Origin: Anaerolineales bacterium
GTDB taxonomy: Bacteria; Chloroflexota; Anaerolineae; Anaerolineales; UBA11579
NCBI GenBank assembly: GCA_025450445.1
Contig: JANWHN010000055.1
Span: forward strand, 1,325 to 65,324
DNA: 64,000 nucleotides
Direction of reading: 5' to 3'
The position numbers and the translations under genes are program-made. Position 1 is the stretch's first letter. Every line of letters begins with the position of its first letter. The notes under the pieces were generated by a model. It was not told the origin of the DNA and searched no databases. It saw only the letters and a program-made list of their open reading frames with translations. Below, one piece after another: positions 26,877 to 36,645 of the stretch.

Positions 26877-28435
26877 AGGGGGATATTGCCATGCTTTTTA
26901 GCAGGGTTGCTGTCGCGCTTGTTGGTCAACATCTCAAGGGCATTGATCAGCCGAGGGCGAGTGTCGCGCGGCTCGATCACGTCATCGATATATCCGCGGC
27001 TCGCAGCCACGTAAGGATTAGCAAATTTCTCGCGATAATCCGCCACCAACTCGGCTCTTTTCTTTTCCGGGTTTTTGGCTTTAGCCAATTCTTTGCGGAA
27101 AATGATATTGACCGCGCCGTCCGGCCCCATCACGGCGATCTCAGCTGTCGGCCATGCTAAGTTCAGGTCGCCGCGAATGTGTTTGCTGCTCATGACATCG
27201 TACGCGCCCCCGTAAGCTTTGCGCGTCACAACAGTCAGCTTCGGCACGGTCGCTTCGCAATAGGCATACAACAGCTTCGCGCCCGCTCGAATAATGCCGC
27301 CGTGTTCCTGTGCAGTACCCGGCATAAAGCCCGGCACATCTTCCAGCGTTATGATCGGAATATTGAAGCTATCGCAAAAGCGCACAAAGCGTGCTGCTTT
27401 CTCCGATGCGTCGATATCGAGCACCCCGGCCAGCACCATCGGCTGGTTGGCCACCACGCCCACCGCGTGGCCACCCATCCGGGCGAAGCCGACCACGATG
27501 TTCATTGCAAATTGGTTATGGATCTCAAAGAACGCGCCATCATCCACTAACATGCGAATGACTTCTTTGACGTCGTAAGGCTTATTCGCTTCGTCCGGAA
27601 TGATCTCGTCAAGCGCGTCATCGCGGCGCAGCGGGTTGTCCTTCGTAGGCCGGAATGGTGGGTCTTCTAAATTGTTCTGAGGTAAATACGAAAGCAGCTT
27701 GCGAATTAGGAATAGCGTGTCAGCCTCACTATCGGCCACGACATGACACACACCCGATTGAGTTGAGTGAATGCTTGCTCCGCCCAGGTCCTCGAATGAG
27801 ACTTCCTCGTGGGTCACGCTCTTAACCACTTCGGGCCCAGTGACGAACATATATGAAGAGTTGCGCACCATGAAGATGAAATCGGTCAGCGCTGGCGAAT
27901 AAACTGCCCCACCCGCGCACGGTCCCATGATTGCGCTGATCTGCGGCACAACGCCGGATGCCATCGTGTTGCGCAGGAAAATATCCGCGTACCCGCCGAG
28001 CGAAACGACACCTTCTTGAATACGTGCTCCACCGGAATCATTGAGCCCGATCACCGGCGCGCCGTTCTTGATCGCCATATCCATCACTTTGACGATCTTC
28101 TCCGCATGGACTTCACCCAAGCTTCCACCGAACACAGTGAAGTCTTGAGAGAACACATACACTAGGCGCCCGTCGATCGTGCCCCAGCCCGTCACCACGC
28201 TGTCACTCAAGAATTGCTGTTGATCAAGCCCAAAGGCCGTCGTGCGATGTTTAACAAAAGCGTCTATCTCACGGAAGGATCCTTTATCCAGCAAAAGGTC
28301 CAACCGCTCACGCGCCGTCAGCCGCCCTTGATCATGTTGGGCCTTGATCCGGTCCGGTCCACCGCCTTCCTGGCTCTCGGACCGCAGTTCGTTTAGTTCT
28401 TCGATTTTGGACCGTTCACTCATGGTCTGCTCCAA
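26873..28435 (-). CDS. pccB: Acyl-CoA (propionyl-CoA/methylmalonyl-CoA type) carboxyltransferase beta subunit
   Basis: [35 protein letters not shown], the two crotonase-like halves. Confidence 0.9.
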   Translation of the reverse strand: MEQTMSERSKIEELNELRSESQEGGGPDRIKAQHDQGRLTARERLDLLLDKGSFREIDAFVKHRTTAFGLDQQQFLSDSVVTGWGTIDGRLVYVFSQDFTVFGGSLGEVHAEKIVKVMDMAIKNGAPVIGLNDSGGARIQEGVVSLGGYADIFLRNTMASGVVPQISAIMGPCAGGAVYSPALTDFIFMVRNSSYMFVTGPEVVKSVTHEEVSFEDLGGASIHSTQSGVCHVVADSEADTLFLIRKLLSYLPQNNLEDPPFRPTKDNPLRRDDALDEIIPDEANKPYDVKEVIRMLVDDGAFFEIHNQFAMNIVVGFARMGGHAVGVVANQPMVLAGVLDIDASEKAARFVRFCDSFNIPIITLEDVPGFMPGTAQEHGGIIRAGAKLLYAYCEATVPKLTVVTRKAYGGAYDVMSSKHIRGDLNLAWPTAEIAVMGPDGAVNIIFRKELAKAKNPEKKRAELVADYREKFANPYVAASRGYIDDVIEPRDTRPRLINALEMLTNKRDSNPAKKHGNIPL

Positions 28436-28838
28436 AGTAAGCCCGCACTCGCGGGAGAGCCAAGCCGGCGAAAACCAATGCCAGCAGGGTAATCGCTAAA
28501 AAAGAATCAAATGGCCAGGTTACGTTTTGTGGACCCTTGGCTTGCAGAATGGCCCGGTCTAGCAATCCAAAAGCCGCAAAACCAATCGCTGTCCACGCGG
28601 TCCATTTGGGTGCCCACGCTTTGCCTATCCAAACCCCTCGCAAAAGCCAAAGCCCCAAGCCTCCCCAAAACAAGCCGCTCACAACGAAAAAAATAGGGGG
28701 CACACTCAGGGGCAGGTCGCTAAGAAAATCCCAGTTGCTTAGCATGGCCCAGGCCCGCAGAATCTGCATCCCTGTGAACGTTAACACTAACGCCGCGAGG
28801 CAGGTTACGGCAAAGGGCCTTTTTGGCTTTTCAGCCAT
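28416..28838 (-). CDS. Integral membrane protein (4 TM helices), unknown function
   Basis: Hydrophobic ORF heading the carboxylase operon; its end overlaps the pccB start by 20 nt. Confidence 0.5.
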   Translation of the reverse strand: MAEKPKRPFAVTCLAALVLTFTGMQILRAWAMLSNWDFLSDLPLSVPPIFFVVSGLFWGGLGLWLLRGVWIGKAWAPKWTAWTAIGFAAFGLLDRAILQAKGPQNVTWPFDSFLAITLLALVFAGLALPRVRAYFGADHE

Positions 28839-28886
28839 CTAGTCCCTCAAACCAGCGATGGGTCAGGGCACCGCTAATCTTAGCTC

Positions 28887-29915
28887 CTAGCCAATCTGCA
28901 GCATGATCTTGCCCATCTGGTTGCCTGCCTCCAGCCGCTCGTGCGCCGCTCGCGCATCTCTAAGAGGGAAGCTGGTATCGATTACCGGCTTCAGCTTGCC
29001 TTCGTAAACCTGCTCCATCACCTCCGCGAAATCCGCCCGCGTTCCCATTGTGGAACCCAGAATGCTGAGATGCTTGCTAAAAATATAACGGTTGTCGATC
29101 TCGAATTTTGGCCCGCCGGTATTGCCCACCGTCAGCAGCCGGCCGCCTTTGCGGAGCGCCCGCATGCTCAACGGAAAGGTCGTGCCAACATTGTCGACCA
29201 CCACATCCACGCCGCGCTTGTTCGTGAGTGCATACGCAGCTTTCGACCAATCCTCCTTCGAGCGATCGATCAGATAATCAGCTCCCAAAGATTCGGCCAG
29301 ATTTAGTTTCTCGGCATCCGAACCGACCACGATCACTGTGGCTCCTAAATATTTCGCCACTTGCACGGCCGCCGTATTCACGCCTCCCGACGCGCCCACA
29401 ATCAGCACAGTTTCGCCTTTTTGGAGTTTGCCGCGCTTCACTAGCGAATGCCAAGCCGTCACAAACACCAGCGCCGCGGCCGCAGCTTTATCCGCCAAGA
29501 ACCCATCGGGGATCTCCAGCAGATTCACCGCCGGCACGGCGACATATTCCGCGTAGGTCCCATGTAGCGTTTCGCCGAGCAATTCCCAATGCTTGCAAAG
29601 GTTCTCTTGACCTCCGTGTGTGAAATCGTCTTCCTCCATGCACACGCTCGCATTGATCACAACCCGCTGTCCCACCTTCCATCCTGTCACGCCCGCATTC
29701 AGCGTCGCGATCGTGCCCGCGCCGTCCGCGCCCAGCACATGGGGTAATGCTAGCTTGAATCCAGGCCATCCCGCTCTCACAAAAAGATCGGCATGATTCA
29801 ACCCAGCAGCATCCAGCTTGACCAACACCCAACCGTGCGGCAATTGCGGATCAGGCAGCTCTCCATATTCAAGAACTTCCGGGCCGCCATGCAGTCGAAA
29901 AAAAACCGCTTTCAT
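28887..29915 (-). CDS. Medium-chain dehydrogenase/reductase (quinone oxidoreductase / Zn-ADH-like)
   Basis: GLNHADL, HVLGADGAG, VLIVGASGGVNTAAVQ. Confidence 0.85.
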   Translation of the reverse strand: MKAVFFRLHGGPEVLEYGELPDPQLPHGWVLVKLDAAGLNHADLFVRAGWPGFKLALPHVLGADGAGTIATLNAGVTGWKVGQRVVINASVCMEEDDFTHGGQENLCKHWELLGETLHGTYAEYVAVPAVNLLEIPDGFLADKAAAAALVFVTAWHSLVKRGKLQKGETVLIVGASGGVNTAAVQVAKYLGATVIVVGSDAEKLNLAESLGADYLIDRSKEDWSKAAYALTNKRGVDVVVDNVGTTFPLSMRALRKGGRLLTVGNTGGPKFEIDNRYIFSKHLSILGSTMGTRADFAEVMEQVYEGKLKPVIDTSFPLRDARAAHERLEAGNQMGKIMLQIG

Positions 29916-29970
29916 TTCCGCGGTCGATTATAACGGCGTGAGTTTTTGAGCTTTTCCGACGCCTGTTAGA

Positions 29971-30372
29971 ATGAATCTCGCCCCGGCTGCAATGCTCGAA
30001 TTTCTCACTGTCTTCCACGCCCGTTTTGCGAACACCGCCATGCTCTATTTCGGCGTCATCTCGCTCTGGGGCTACTTCCGCTTTTTCCGCCGGCAGGGCA
30101 TCGACCCCGCTTACTGGGGCGCCCTCGTAATTGCCGAGATCATCGTCGTCGCCGAAGCGCTGCTCGGCATTTATCTCTGGGCCAGCGGGCTGGCCCCGGC
30201 GCGCCCGGTCCACTTCCTTTACGGCGCGCTGATTCCCATCATGATTCCCGCCGCCTACCTCTACACCCGCGGTCGCGCCGCCCGCGCCGAAAACATGATC
30301 TACGCAACGGCCACCCTTATCACTGTTGGGTTCATTATCCGAGCCATCTACACTGCCCAAGTTATCCCGTAG
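29971..30372 (+). CDS. Integral membrane protein (4 TM helices), unknown function
   Basis: Hydrophobic ORF. The start is uncertain because TAGAAT overlaps the first ATG; an alternative ATG lies at 29991. Confidence 0.45.
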   Translation: MNLAPAAMLEFLTVFHARFANTAMLYFGVISLWGYFRFFRRQGIDPAYWGALVIAEIIVVAEALLGIYLWASGLAPARPVHFLYGALIPIMIPAAYLYTRGRAARAENMIYATATLITVGFIIRAIYTAQVIP

Positions 30373-30393
30373 CGAAACGCGGATGAGAATTGC

Positions 30394-30422
30394 TTGTCAG
30401 CACCTTTCAGTAGTGATAAAAT
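30394..30422 (+). promoter_or_regulatory. Candidate promoter TTGTCA-N17-TAAAAT for the Rieske/cytochrome b operon
   Basis: Hexamers at 30394-30399 and 30417-30422. Confidence 0.45.
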
Positions 30423-30461
30423 ACGCAAAGTAACCTCTGAAGCAAGTGGAGAAAAGCCCGA

Positions 30462-31049
30462 ATGACTGACGCTACCGTCCCCGCTACCCAGGCTGAAACC
30501 CCCACACCCCAAGCCCAACAAGAAAAAATTGAGCTCAACCGCCGCGAGTTCCTTAACCTGGCTTGGCTCGCTTCGCTTGGCTTCCTGACCCTGAGCATCG
30601 GCGGGGTGGCCGTCCTGTTCGGTATGCCTCGTTTCCGGGAGGGCGAGTTCGGTGGCACATTCACCTTTGGCCCGGTCTCCGATCTTCCAGGCACAGACGT
30701 TGCCCCGGCCAATTTCCCCAAAGTCAAGCTCTGGCTTTCCAACGATCCCGAAGGCGTTACCGCCCTCTACAAGGTTTGCCCCCATCTCGGCTGCCTGTAT
30801 GCCTGGAATGATCAGGAATTCAAGTTCATTTGCCCCTGCCACGGTTCGCAGTATGAACATGATGGCGATTACATCTCCGGTCCCGCGCCACGCAGTTTGG
30901 ACAAATTCGTGATTACCATCGAAGACGAGAACGGCAACGTGCTGGCCACGACTCCTGAGGATGGCGGCCCGGTGCGTTTGCCCGATAATCCGAACGCGAT
31001 CATTCGCATCGATACCGGTACCAAGATCCTCGGCGAGACCCACACCTAA
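30462..31049 (+). CDS. Rieske [2Fe-2S] protein of a cytochrome bc/b6f-type complex
   Basis: Tat-like RREFLNLAW plus a TM helix; CPHLGC...CPCHGS cluster boxes. Confidence 0.85.
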   Translation: MTDATVPATQAETPTPQAQQEKIELNRREFLNLAWLASLGFLTLSIGGVAVLFGMPRFREGEFGGTFTFGPVSDLPGTDVAPANFPKVKLWLSNDPEGVTALYKVCPHLGCLYAWNDQEFKFICPCHGSQYEHDGDYISGPAPRSLDKFVITIEDENGNVLATTPEDGGPVRLPDNPNAIIRIDTGTKILGETHT

Positions 31050-31076
31050 CCCCCATGCATTTGTGCGGAGAATCTG

Positions 31077-32810
31077 ATGCTTAACGCTCTCAGACAACGC
31101 TTCAACATCCCGCCACGCAACGAGTGGCGCTCGTGGATCGGCAAGATGATCGACGAACGCGTGCGCATCATCACCGCCGGTCTGAGCATCAAGGAGCTGC
31201 GCGCAGTCGTGCGCGGCGATCCGCCAACCGAGAAACCGAACCCGCGCTATAAGGTCATCACCACCAGCTTCATCGCCCACTTGCGCCCACGCTACTATCC
31301 GGCCGCCTCAACTTGGTTCACCCACACGTTCCGCCTGGGTTGGTTTACGACATTCTTCTTTATTGTCGAAACCCTCACGGGTGTCATCTTGATGGTTTAC
31401 TACATTCCCTTCCCCGATCAAGCCTATGGCTCGATCTTGGAAATCGAAAGCAATGTTTTCTTCGGCGAGCTGATGCGCGATGCGCATCGTTTGGGTGCCG
31501 AAGGAATGGTTATCTTCAGCTGGCTGCACCTGCTGCGCACATATTTCACGGGCTCCTACAAAGGTCCGCGTACATTCACCTGGCTCACCGGCGTGCTGCT
31601 TCTCTTGATCACCGCCTGGCTCAGCTTCACAGGTTACCTGCTGCCTTGGGATCAGTTGGCTTACTGGGCGGTCACCGTCGGCACCAGTATTACCGACTCC
31701 GGACCTGTGGTTGGTCCCGCGCTGAACATCCTGATGCGTGGGGCTCCCGATATCGGCACTGGCGGTTTGCTGCGCTTCTATTTGCAGCACGTGATCCTGT
31801 TCCCACTTATCGCCATCTTGTTCATCAGCATTCACTATTACAAAGTAGCTCGCGAGCATAGCATTTCGTTGCCCGCTGTCATTGAAGAGACTGAAATAAC
31901 GCAGGAAGAGAAAAAGGAAGCTAACCGTCGCATCGACTTGATCCCAGACCTGCTCAGTCATGAGATCTTCCTGATCAGCATCGGAACATTTGCGCTTTTG
32001 GCCATCTTGTACTTCCGTTTGTTCAATTCTCCACTTGAGACGCACGCCAATCCTCAGGCGACACCCCTGGATACGAAAGCCCCTTGGTACTTCTGGTGGC
32101 TGCAGGGCATGCTCAAGATCGATCCGGCGTCCATCATCGAGAATTTGGTCAACCCATTGTTCGAGATGGTTGGCATAAGCTTCCGCCTGGAGTTGAGCAA
32201 GCTCCTCAACAGTAAATTCATCATGGGCTTGGTCGTGCCGCCTGGCCTCGTACTCTTGCTGATGGCCATTCCTTACATCGATCGCAATCCATCTCGCCTT
32301 GCACGCAATCGACCCTTCGCCATCGCCTGGGGTCTTGCCTGGGTCTTCATCGTCATAGCCCTTAGTTACATGGGCACGCCACAATATGGCATCGAAACTC
32401 CACCTGCCACACGCATTATTCAAGACTTGGCTCCGGAGGAAGGCGAAGGTCCATTGCGCTTGATTCCTTATGCCGAGTTGCAACAAGGAATTTATGTTGT
32501 CGGCGAAGATTACGGCGATGACCTCTGTCCTGGTTTGGCTTACCAGCCAAATCCCGAGGAAGATGTCAACAACGTCGTCATCGGCTGCCCCCACCTGACC
32601 GCCGTTTTCGAACAATTCAGCGAGCGGCTGCTTGAAGCTGAAGCGGAAGGTGGGTTGCCAGACCTGAATGCTCGTCTCATTGTTGAGCAGCTGCAAGCAA
32701 ATATGTTCCGGGTAACCCCGCATGTCGAATGGTCGGACCCCATCACCGGTGATGCGAAAGCCTACGAACATACCTATTATCTGCACGAAGACAGAGCTCG
32801 TGAAGAGTAA
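31077..32810 (+). CDS. Cytochrome b (b6-like N-domain fused to subunit-IV-like domain) with a soluble C-terminal extension of about 150 aa
   Basis: R(D)AHRLGAEGM..WLHLLRTYFTGSYKGPRTFTWLTGV, LLRFYLQHV..IHY, PWYFWWLQ. The tail from about 32349 is hydrophilic. Confidence 0.85.
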   Translation: MLNALRQRFNIPPRNEWRSWIGKMIDERVRIITAGLSIKELRAVVRGDPPTEKPNPRYKVITTSFIAHLRPRYYPAASTWFTHTFRLGWFTTFFFIVETLTGVILMVYYIPFPDQAYGSILEIESNVFFGELMRDAHRLGAEGMVIFSWLHLLRTYFTGSYKGPRTFTWLTGVLLLLITAWLSFTGYLLPWDQLAYWAVTVGTSITDSGPVVGPALNILMRGAPDIGTGGLLRFYLQHVILFPLIAILFISIHYYKVAREHSISLPAVIEETEITQEEKKEANRRIDLIPDLLSHEIFLISIGTFALLAILYFRLFNSPLETHANPQATPLDTKAPWYFWWLQGMLKIDPASIIENLVNPLFEMVGISFRLELSKLLNSKFIMGLVVPPGLVLLLMAIPYIDRNPSRLARNRPFAIAWGLAWVFIVIALSYMGTPQYGIETPPATRIIQDLAPEEGEGPLRLIPYAELQQGIYVVGEDYGDDLCPGLAYQPNPEEDVNNVVIGCPHLTAVFEQFSERLLEAEAEGGLPDLNARLIVEQLQANMFRVTPHVEWSDPITGDAKAYEHTYYLHEDRAREE

Positions 32811-32837
32811 GCCGAGCGCCGAGGAGAATCTCAACGC

Positions 32838-33638
32838 ATGAAACGCGTCCAACTGGAAATTATTCTCGGCACTGTTTTTGTGCTGCTGAGTGCAGCCATC
32901 ATGATCGTTCTCGGCATCCGCGAACCTCAACGCTTAGCAGATTATGAGGTCCAACAGCGCGCCGAGGAGATTGAATTCGGCGCCTCCGTTTTTGTTACCA
33001 ACTGCACTCGCTGCCACGGCACTCAGGCTCAAGGCATCACCGGCATTGCTCCCAGCCTCCGCGACAATCATTTCTTTACCCAGCGCATTGCTGAGGTTGG
33101 GTGGGGTGCTGGTCTAGAGGACTACATTGTCTCGGTCGTCACTACTGGCCGTCAGGTCTCAACCCGTCCGCAGCTCTACGTTGGCGGCGGCACTCCTGCA
33201 ATGCCTACTTGGTCAGAAAAATTTGGCGGTCCATTGCGCGACGATCAGATTCGGGCCGTCGCGGCCTTTATCATGAATTTCGAGCCCTATGCTCTCGGTC
33301 AGGTTCCCACTGTCGAGCCACTCCTCCCAGTCGTGGATGAGTCCACTCCGGAAGGTCGCGGCCAAGTTGTTTTCCTGCAAGCTGGTTGTAATGCCTGCCA
33401 TACCATCAGCGGCTTAAGCACCGGTACCATCGGCCCGGTTCTAGATGGAGTTGGATTACGGGCTGCAACTCGGGTCGAAGGCCTTACCGCTGAAGAATAT
33501 ATCCATCAGTCAATTATTGAGCCTAGTGCTTATGTAGTCGAGGGTTATGCCGACGGCTTGATGCCGCAAACCTTCGCAGAAACCCTCACAGAAGAGCAGA
33601 TCGCCGATCTCATTGCCTTCCTGCTCACTCTGCAATAA
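32838..33638 (+). CDS. Membrane-anchored dihaem c-type cytochrome
   Basis: N-terminal TM helix; CTRCHG and CNACH haem-binding motifs. Confidence 0.8.
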   Translation: MKRVQLEIILGTVFVLLSAAIMIVLGIREPQRLADYEVQQRAEEIEFGASVFVTNCTRCHGTQAQGITGIAPSLRDNHFFTQRIAEVGWGAGLEDYIVSVVTTGRQVSTRPQLYVGGGTPAMPTWSEKFGGPLRDDQIRAVAAFIMNFEPYALGQVPTVEPLLPVVDESTPEGRGQVVFLQAGCNACHTISGLSTGTIGPVLDGVGLRAATRVEGLTAEEYIHQSIIEPSAYVVEGYADGLMPQTFAETLTEEQIADLIAFLLTLQ

Positions 33639-33658
33639 TCCGAACTCCTCATTAACCC

Positions 33659-33688
33659 AAAGGGCGACGATTACGTCGTCCTTTTTTG
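33659..33688 (+). terminator. Intrinsic terminator after the bc operon
   Basis: Stem GGGCGACG/CGTCGTCC, then T6. Confidence 0.65.
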
Positions 33689-33856
33689 CTTAAATTCTGT
33701 CACTCCGAGCGAGAACCAGCGCCACGTTTAGCGGCTCTGCTCGACAGGAATCCGTGGGTCGATTGTTTTTGAAAATTGCACATCTGATCGATGAAGGCAG
33801 GTAAAAAATCGGTTTCGGTTTCACCTTCGATGCATCCAAAAATTTCAGTGACTCGG

Positions 33857-33907
33857 TGGAGTTCGCTTCTTCTGCGAAGTCCAACGCGAACGGTTTCATC
33901 GTTCGCA
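33857..33907 (+). repeat. Two-hairpin element, copy B
   Basis: TGGAGTTCGC-ttcttct-GCGAAGTCCA followed by ACGCGAACG-gtttcat-CGTTCGCA. TATACT lies at 33911-33916. Confidence 0.6.
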
Positions 33908-33948
33908 AGTTATACTTTCAATCGTTCAAGTCCTAATCAACCCAAAAA

Positions 33949-34872
33949 ATGAAACGCGCCATCCAGATTTCCTTTTTCGCTTTACTTACCTGTTTGCTTT
34001 CTGTCGCCGCGGTTCGCGGCTCCCTTCCTGAGAAAGGTCCTGTTGAAGGCGACGCCGTCAATGGCGGGCGGATCTACAACAATTGGATGCTCGCTTTGGA
34101 TCTCTCGCCGCCAGCTGGCGAGCATCCATTGTGGCTGGACCAGGATTCAAATCCGCGCAGTGGCGTAGTTACTTGGCGCTGCACAGAATGTCACGGCTGG
34201 GATTACAAAGGCGCGGAGGGATCCTACAACGAGAGCTCTTCTCACTACACGGGCTTCCCCGGTCTTGGCAATTCCATCGGCTCAAGCCACGATCAAGTAA
34301 TGGCTTGGTTGGACGGCACCAACAACCCCGATCACAACTTTCTCTTCTATACGACTTCGGTTGCCCTTGAAGACCTGACTGCATTCTTGCGCACTCAACA
34401 GATCGATATGGATTTACTGATTGACCCAACCACCGGCAAGGCGTTAGGTGATTGGGAACGTGGTGGGCTCATCTACACCGAATCATGCTCGGGCTGTCAC
34501 GGGGCTGGCGGAGCCACCGTTAATTTCGGATCCCAAGCGAACCCGCTCTTTGTTGCCGATTTGGCTGAAGCTGAGCCTTGGCGGACAGTCCATGTTATTC
34601 GCTTCGGAACACCCAGTGGTCATATGCCCGCTAGCGAAGAACTTGGCTGGTCCCTTTCTCGCGTCGCCGATGTTTTAGCCTACGCTCAAACACTGCCGCG
34701 CGGCACGCCAGAATACGGGTTACAGCCAGGCGATCCTACTGACCCCTTTCAAGTCGAACGCCAGGGTGATATCCAGCCAATCATCTGGGGCGCATTCGCA
34801 ATGATGGCCGTTGTCTTAGCCAGCTTCGGATGGGATGCTCTCAAAAATCGCAGTACCAGGCGAGCCAAATAG
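33949..34872 (+). CDS. Dihaem c-type cytochrome with signal peptide and C-terminal TM anchor
   Basis: CTECHG and CSGCHG motifs; hydrophobic C-terminal helix IIWGAFAMMAVVLASFGW. Confidence 0.75.
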   Translation: MKRAIQISFFALLTCLLSVAAVRGSLPEKGPVEGDAVNGGRIYNNWMLALDLSPPAGEHPLWLDQDSNPRSGVVTWRCTECHGWDYKGAEGSYNESSSHYTGFPGLGNSIGSSHDQVMAWLDGTNNPDHNFLFYTTSVALEDLTAFLRTQQIDMDLLIDPTTGKALGDWERGGLIYTESCSGCHGAGGATVNFGSQANPLFVADLAEAEPWRTVHVIRFGTPSGHMPASEELGWSLSRVADVLAYAQTLPRGTPEYGLQPGDPTDPFQVERQGDIQPIIWGAFAMMAVVLASFGWDALKNRSTRRAK

Positions 34873-35122
34873 CTCACCATCCCCAAAACGTGTCACTCTG
34901 AGCGTGACTAAGAGTATTTCGTATCATTTCTAAAAAGCGACAATTTCAAGGAGAAGCGAATTTCCGTCAGTGCGAGACGGCGGTGGCCGCGTGGCAATCT
35001 GGTTTGTCTTCATTAAAGTCCAGTTGCTTGATATTCTCTGTGCTTCGCCCCTAATTCCGCGAATTTCGTGTTTAATGACGAACAATCAAAAACAGGGAGG
35101 AATCAGAGCATGAAACTTTTTT

Positions 35123-35191
35123 GTCAAGTTATTAGTCAATCGTGTCAAGTTATTAGCTATACCCCTCTCCGCCAGCACATAATAACTTGAC
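35123..35191. repeat. Three copies of GTCAAGTTATTA (two direct, one inverted) upstream of the yabE-like gene
   Basis: Copies at 35123-35134 (+), 35144-35155 (+) and 35180-35191 (inverted). Confidence 0.7.
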
Positions 35192-35243
35192 TATGTCAGC
35201 GCACCGTTGCTTCTGTTTAGTTTCAAATGGGTAGAATCTGCGC

Positions 35244-36644
35244 ATGACCCCAATTAGGATTCGCTGGCTCGCACTCGGCGCAGGCCTGCTTGTGCTCGCC
35301 TTCGGTTACTCCATGCTAACCCGCACAGTCACGATTCTGGCTGATGGGGAGCTTGTGACGGTCTCCACCCGCGCCCTAACGGTTCGCGGCGCTTTGGATG
35401 CCGCCGGCTTAGCGGCTGGACCACAGGACAAAGTCGAGCCGGCTCAATTCTGGCTGCTTACGGATGGCTTGGTCATCAACTTGCAGAGGGCTTCATTAAT
35501 TGAGCTGGAAGCCGACGGCGAGACTCACTACAAAACCAGCGCCGAGAAAGACCCGCTCGCCTTGCTTTCACAATTTGGGGTCGATCTTGGGGAGAATGAT
35601 GTTCTCTTGGTATCTGGCCGGCCGATCGCATCGGGTGAGCTGCTCTCATCACTGCCACGAATTCACATTGGGGTTCGACGTTCTTTCCCAATCACCTTAA
35701 TTGAAAATGGCCAAAGCTTTTCTTTTGAATCTTCCGCATCAACTCTGGGCGAAGCGCTGACCGAGCAAGGCGTACAGCTCAACCCCGCCGATCAACTCAA
35801 CCCATTGCCCGAAACCATTTTGACCGGGCGAGTGGATGCAACCATCGTTCGCGCTCAAACGATCGAAATCACTGCCGGCGGTGAAACACTCGCCTTGGCG
35901 ACGGCGGCCGCAACCGTTGGTGAAGCCCTCGCCGAAGCAGGAATTGCACTGCAAGGTTTGGATTACAGCGAGCCTGCTGAAGGCGAGCCGATCCCTGAGG
36001 ACCGCCAGGTCGAGGTTGTTCGCGTTTTGGAAACCGTCCTTCTTGAGCAGCAACTAATTCCTCACGAAACGGAATGGCAAGAAGATCCAGAATCCGAATT
36101 GGACACGATTTCTGTTGTTCAACTCGGGCAAGATGGTGTGCAGGCCGCGCGGGTTCGGGTCCGGTATCAAGATGGCGTTGAAGTTGCTCGTCAAGAAGAA
36201 GGAGAGCGCGTTCTAGTTCAACCCCAGAGGCAGATCAATGGCTACGGCACTCAGATCGTTCTCCGCACCATCGTGGTAGACGGCGTCATGATCGAATATT
36301 ATCGAGCGGTGCAGGTCTTTACCACCTGGTACTCCCCGTGCAATTCCGGCGTGACCAGCTGTTTATATGGAACATCTTCTGGCATGGACGTGACAAAGGG
36401 CACCATCGCAACTTACTTGAATTGGTACCGTGCGCTCAAGTTCAGCACCGTCTACGTCCCCGGCTATGGCGCTGGAGCAATTGGTGACGTCGGCGCATAT
36501 CCTTCCGGCGAGCCGTGGGTCGACCTGGCTTTCAGCGAAGCCGATGTGACAGCGGCTGGCGGCCAGCCCTGGTCCAACGCCTATGTGACACTTTATTTCA
36601 CGACGCCAGTTCCCGCCTACGTCCCGCTCACCTGGCCGCCATAG
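35244..36644 (+). CDS. YabE/RpfB-architecture cell-wall protein (TM anchor, DUF348 repeats, G5 domain, C-terminal 3D domain)
   Basis: Repeated V..T.A.TVGEAL.E.GI modules, a G5-like block VVQLGQDGVQAARVRVRYQDG, and a 3D-like C-terminus with GYG.A.GDVGA. Confidence 0.8.
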   Translation: MTPIRIRWLALGAGLLVLAFGYSMLTRTVTILADGELVTVSTRALTVRGALDAAGLAAGPQDKVEPAQFWLLTDGLVINLQRASLIELEADGETHYKTSAEKDPLALLSQFGVDLGENDVLLVSGRPIASGELLSSLPRIHIGVRRSFPITLIENGQSFSFESSASTLGEALTEQGVQLNPADQLNPLPETILTGRVDATIVRAQTIEITAGGETLALATAAATVGEALAEAGIALQGLDYSEPAEGEPIPEDRQVEVVRVLETVLLEQQLIPHETEWQEDPESELDTISVVQLGQDGVQAARVRVRYQDGVEVARQEEGERVLVQPQRQINGYGTQIVLRTIVVDGVMIEYYRAVQVFTTWYSPCNSGVTSCLYGTSSGMDVTKGTIATYLNWYRALKFSTVYVPGYGAGAIGDVGAYPSGEPWVDLAFSEADVTAAGGQPWSNAYVTLYFTTPVPAYVPLTWPP

Positions 36645-36645
36645 C

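Noticed and set aside
31308-32930. 540-aa ORF on the minus strand opposite cytochrome b; also 30348..31280 opposite the Rieske gene.
   Set aside because: The plus-strand frames carry unmistakable Rieske (CPHLGC/CPCHGS) and cytochrome b motifs. The antisense translations are low-complexity (Arg/Gly/Asp/Gln-rich) with no motifs, as is typical of shadow ORFs in GC-rich coding DNA.
33690-33908. 72-aa minus-strand ORF in the spacer before the second cytochrome c gene.
   Set aside because: It has no Shine-Dalgarno, overlaps copy B of the two-hairpin element and the probable promoter, and its composition is unremarkable.
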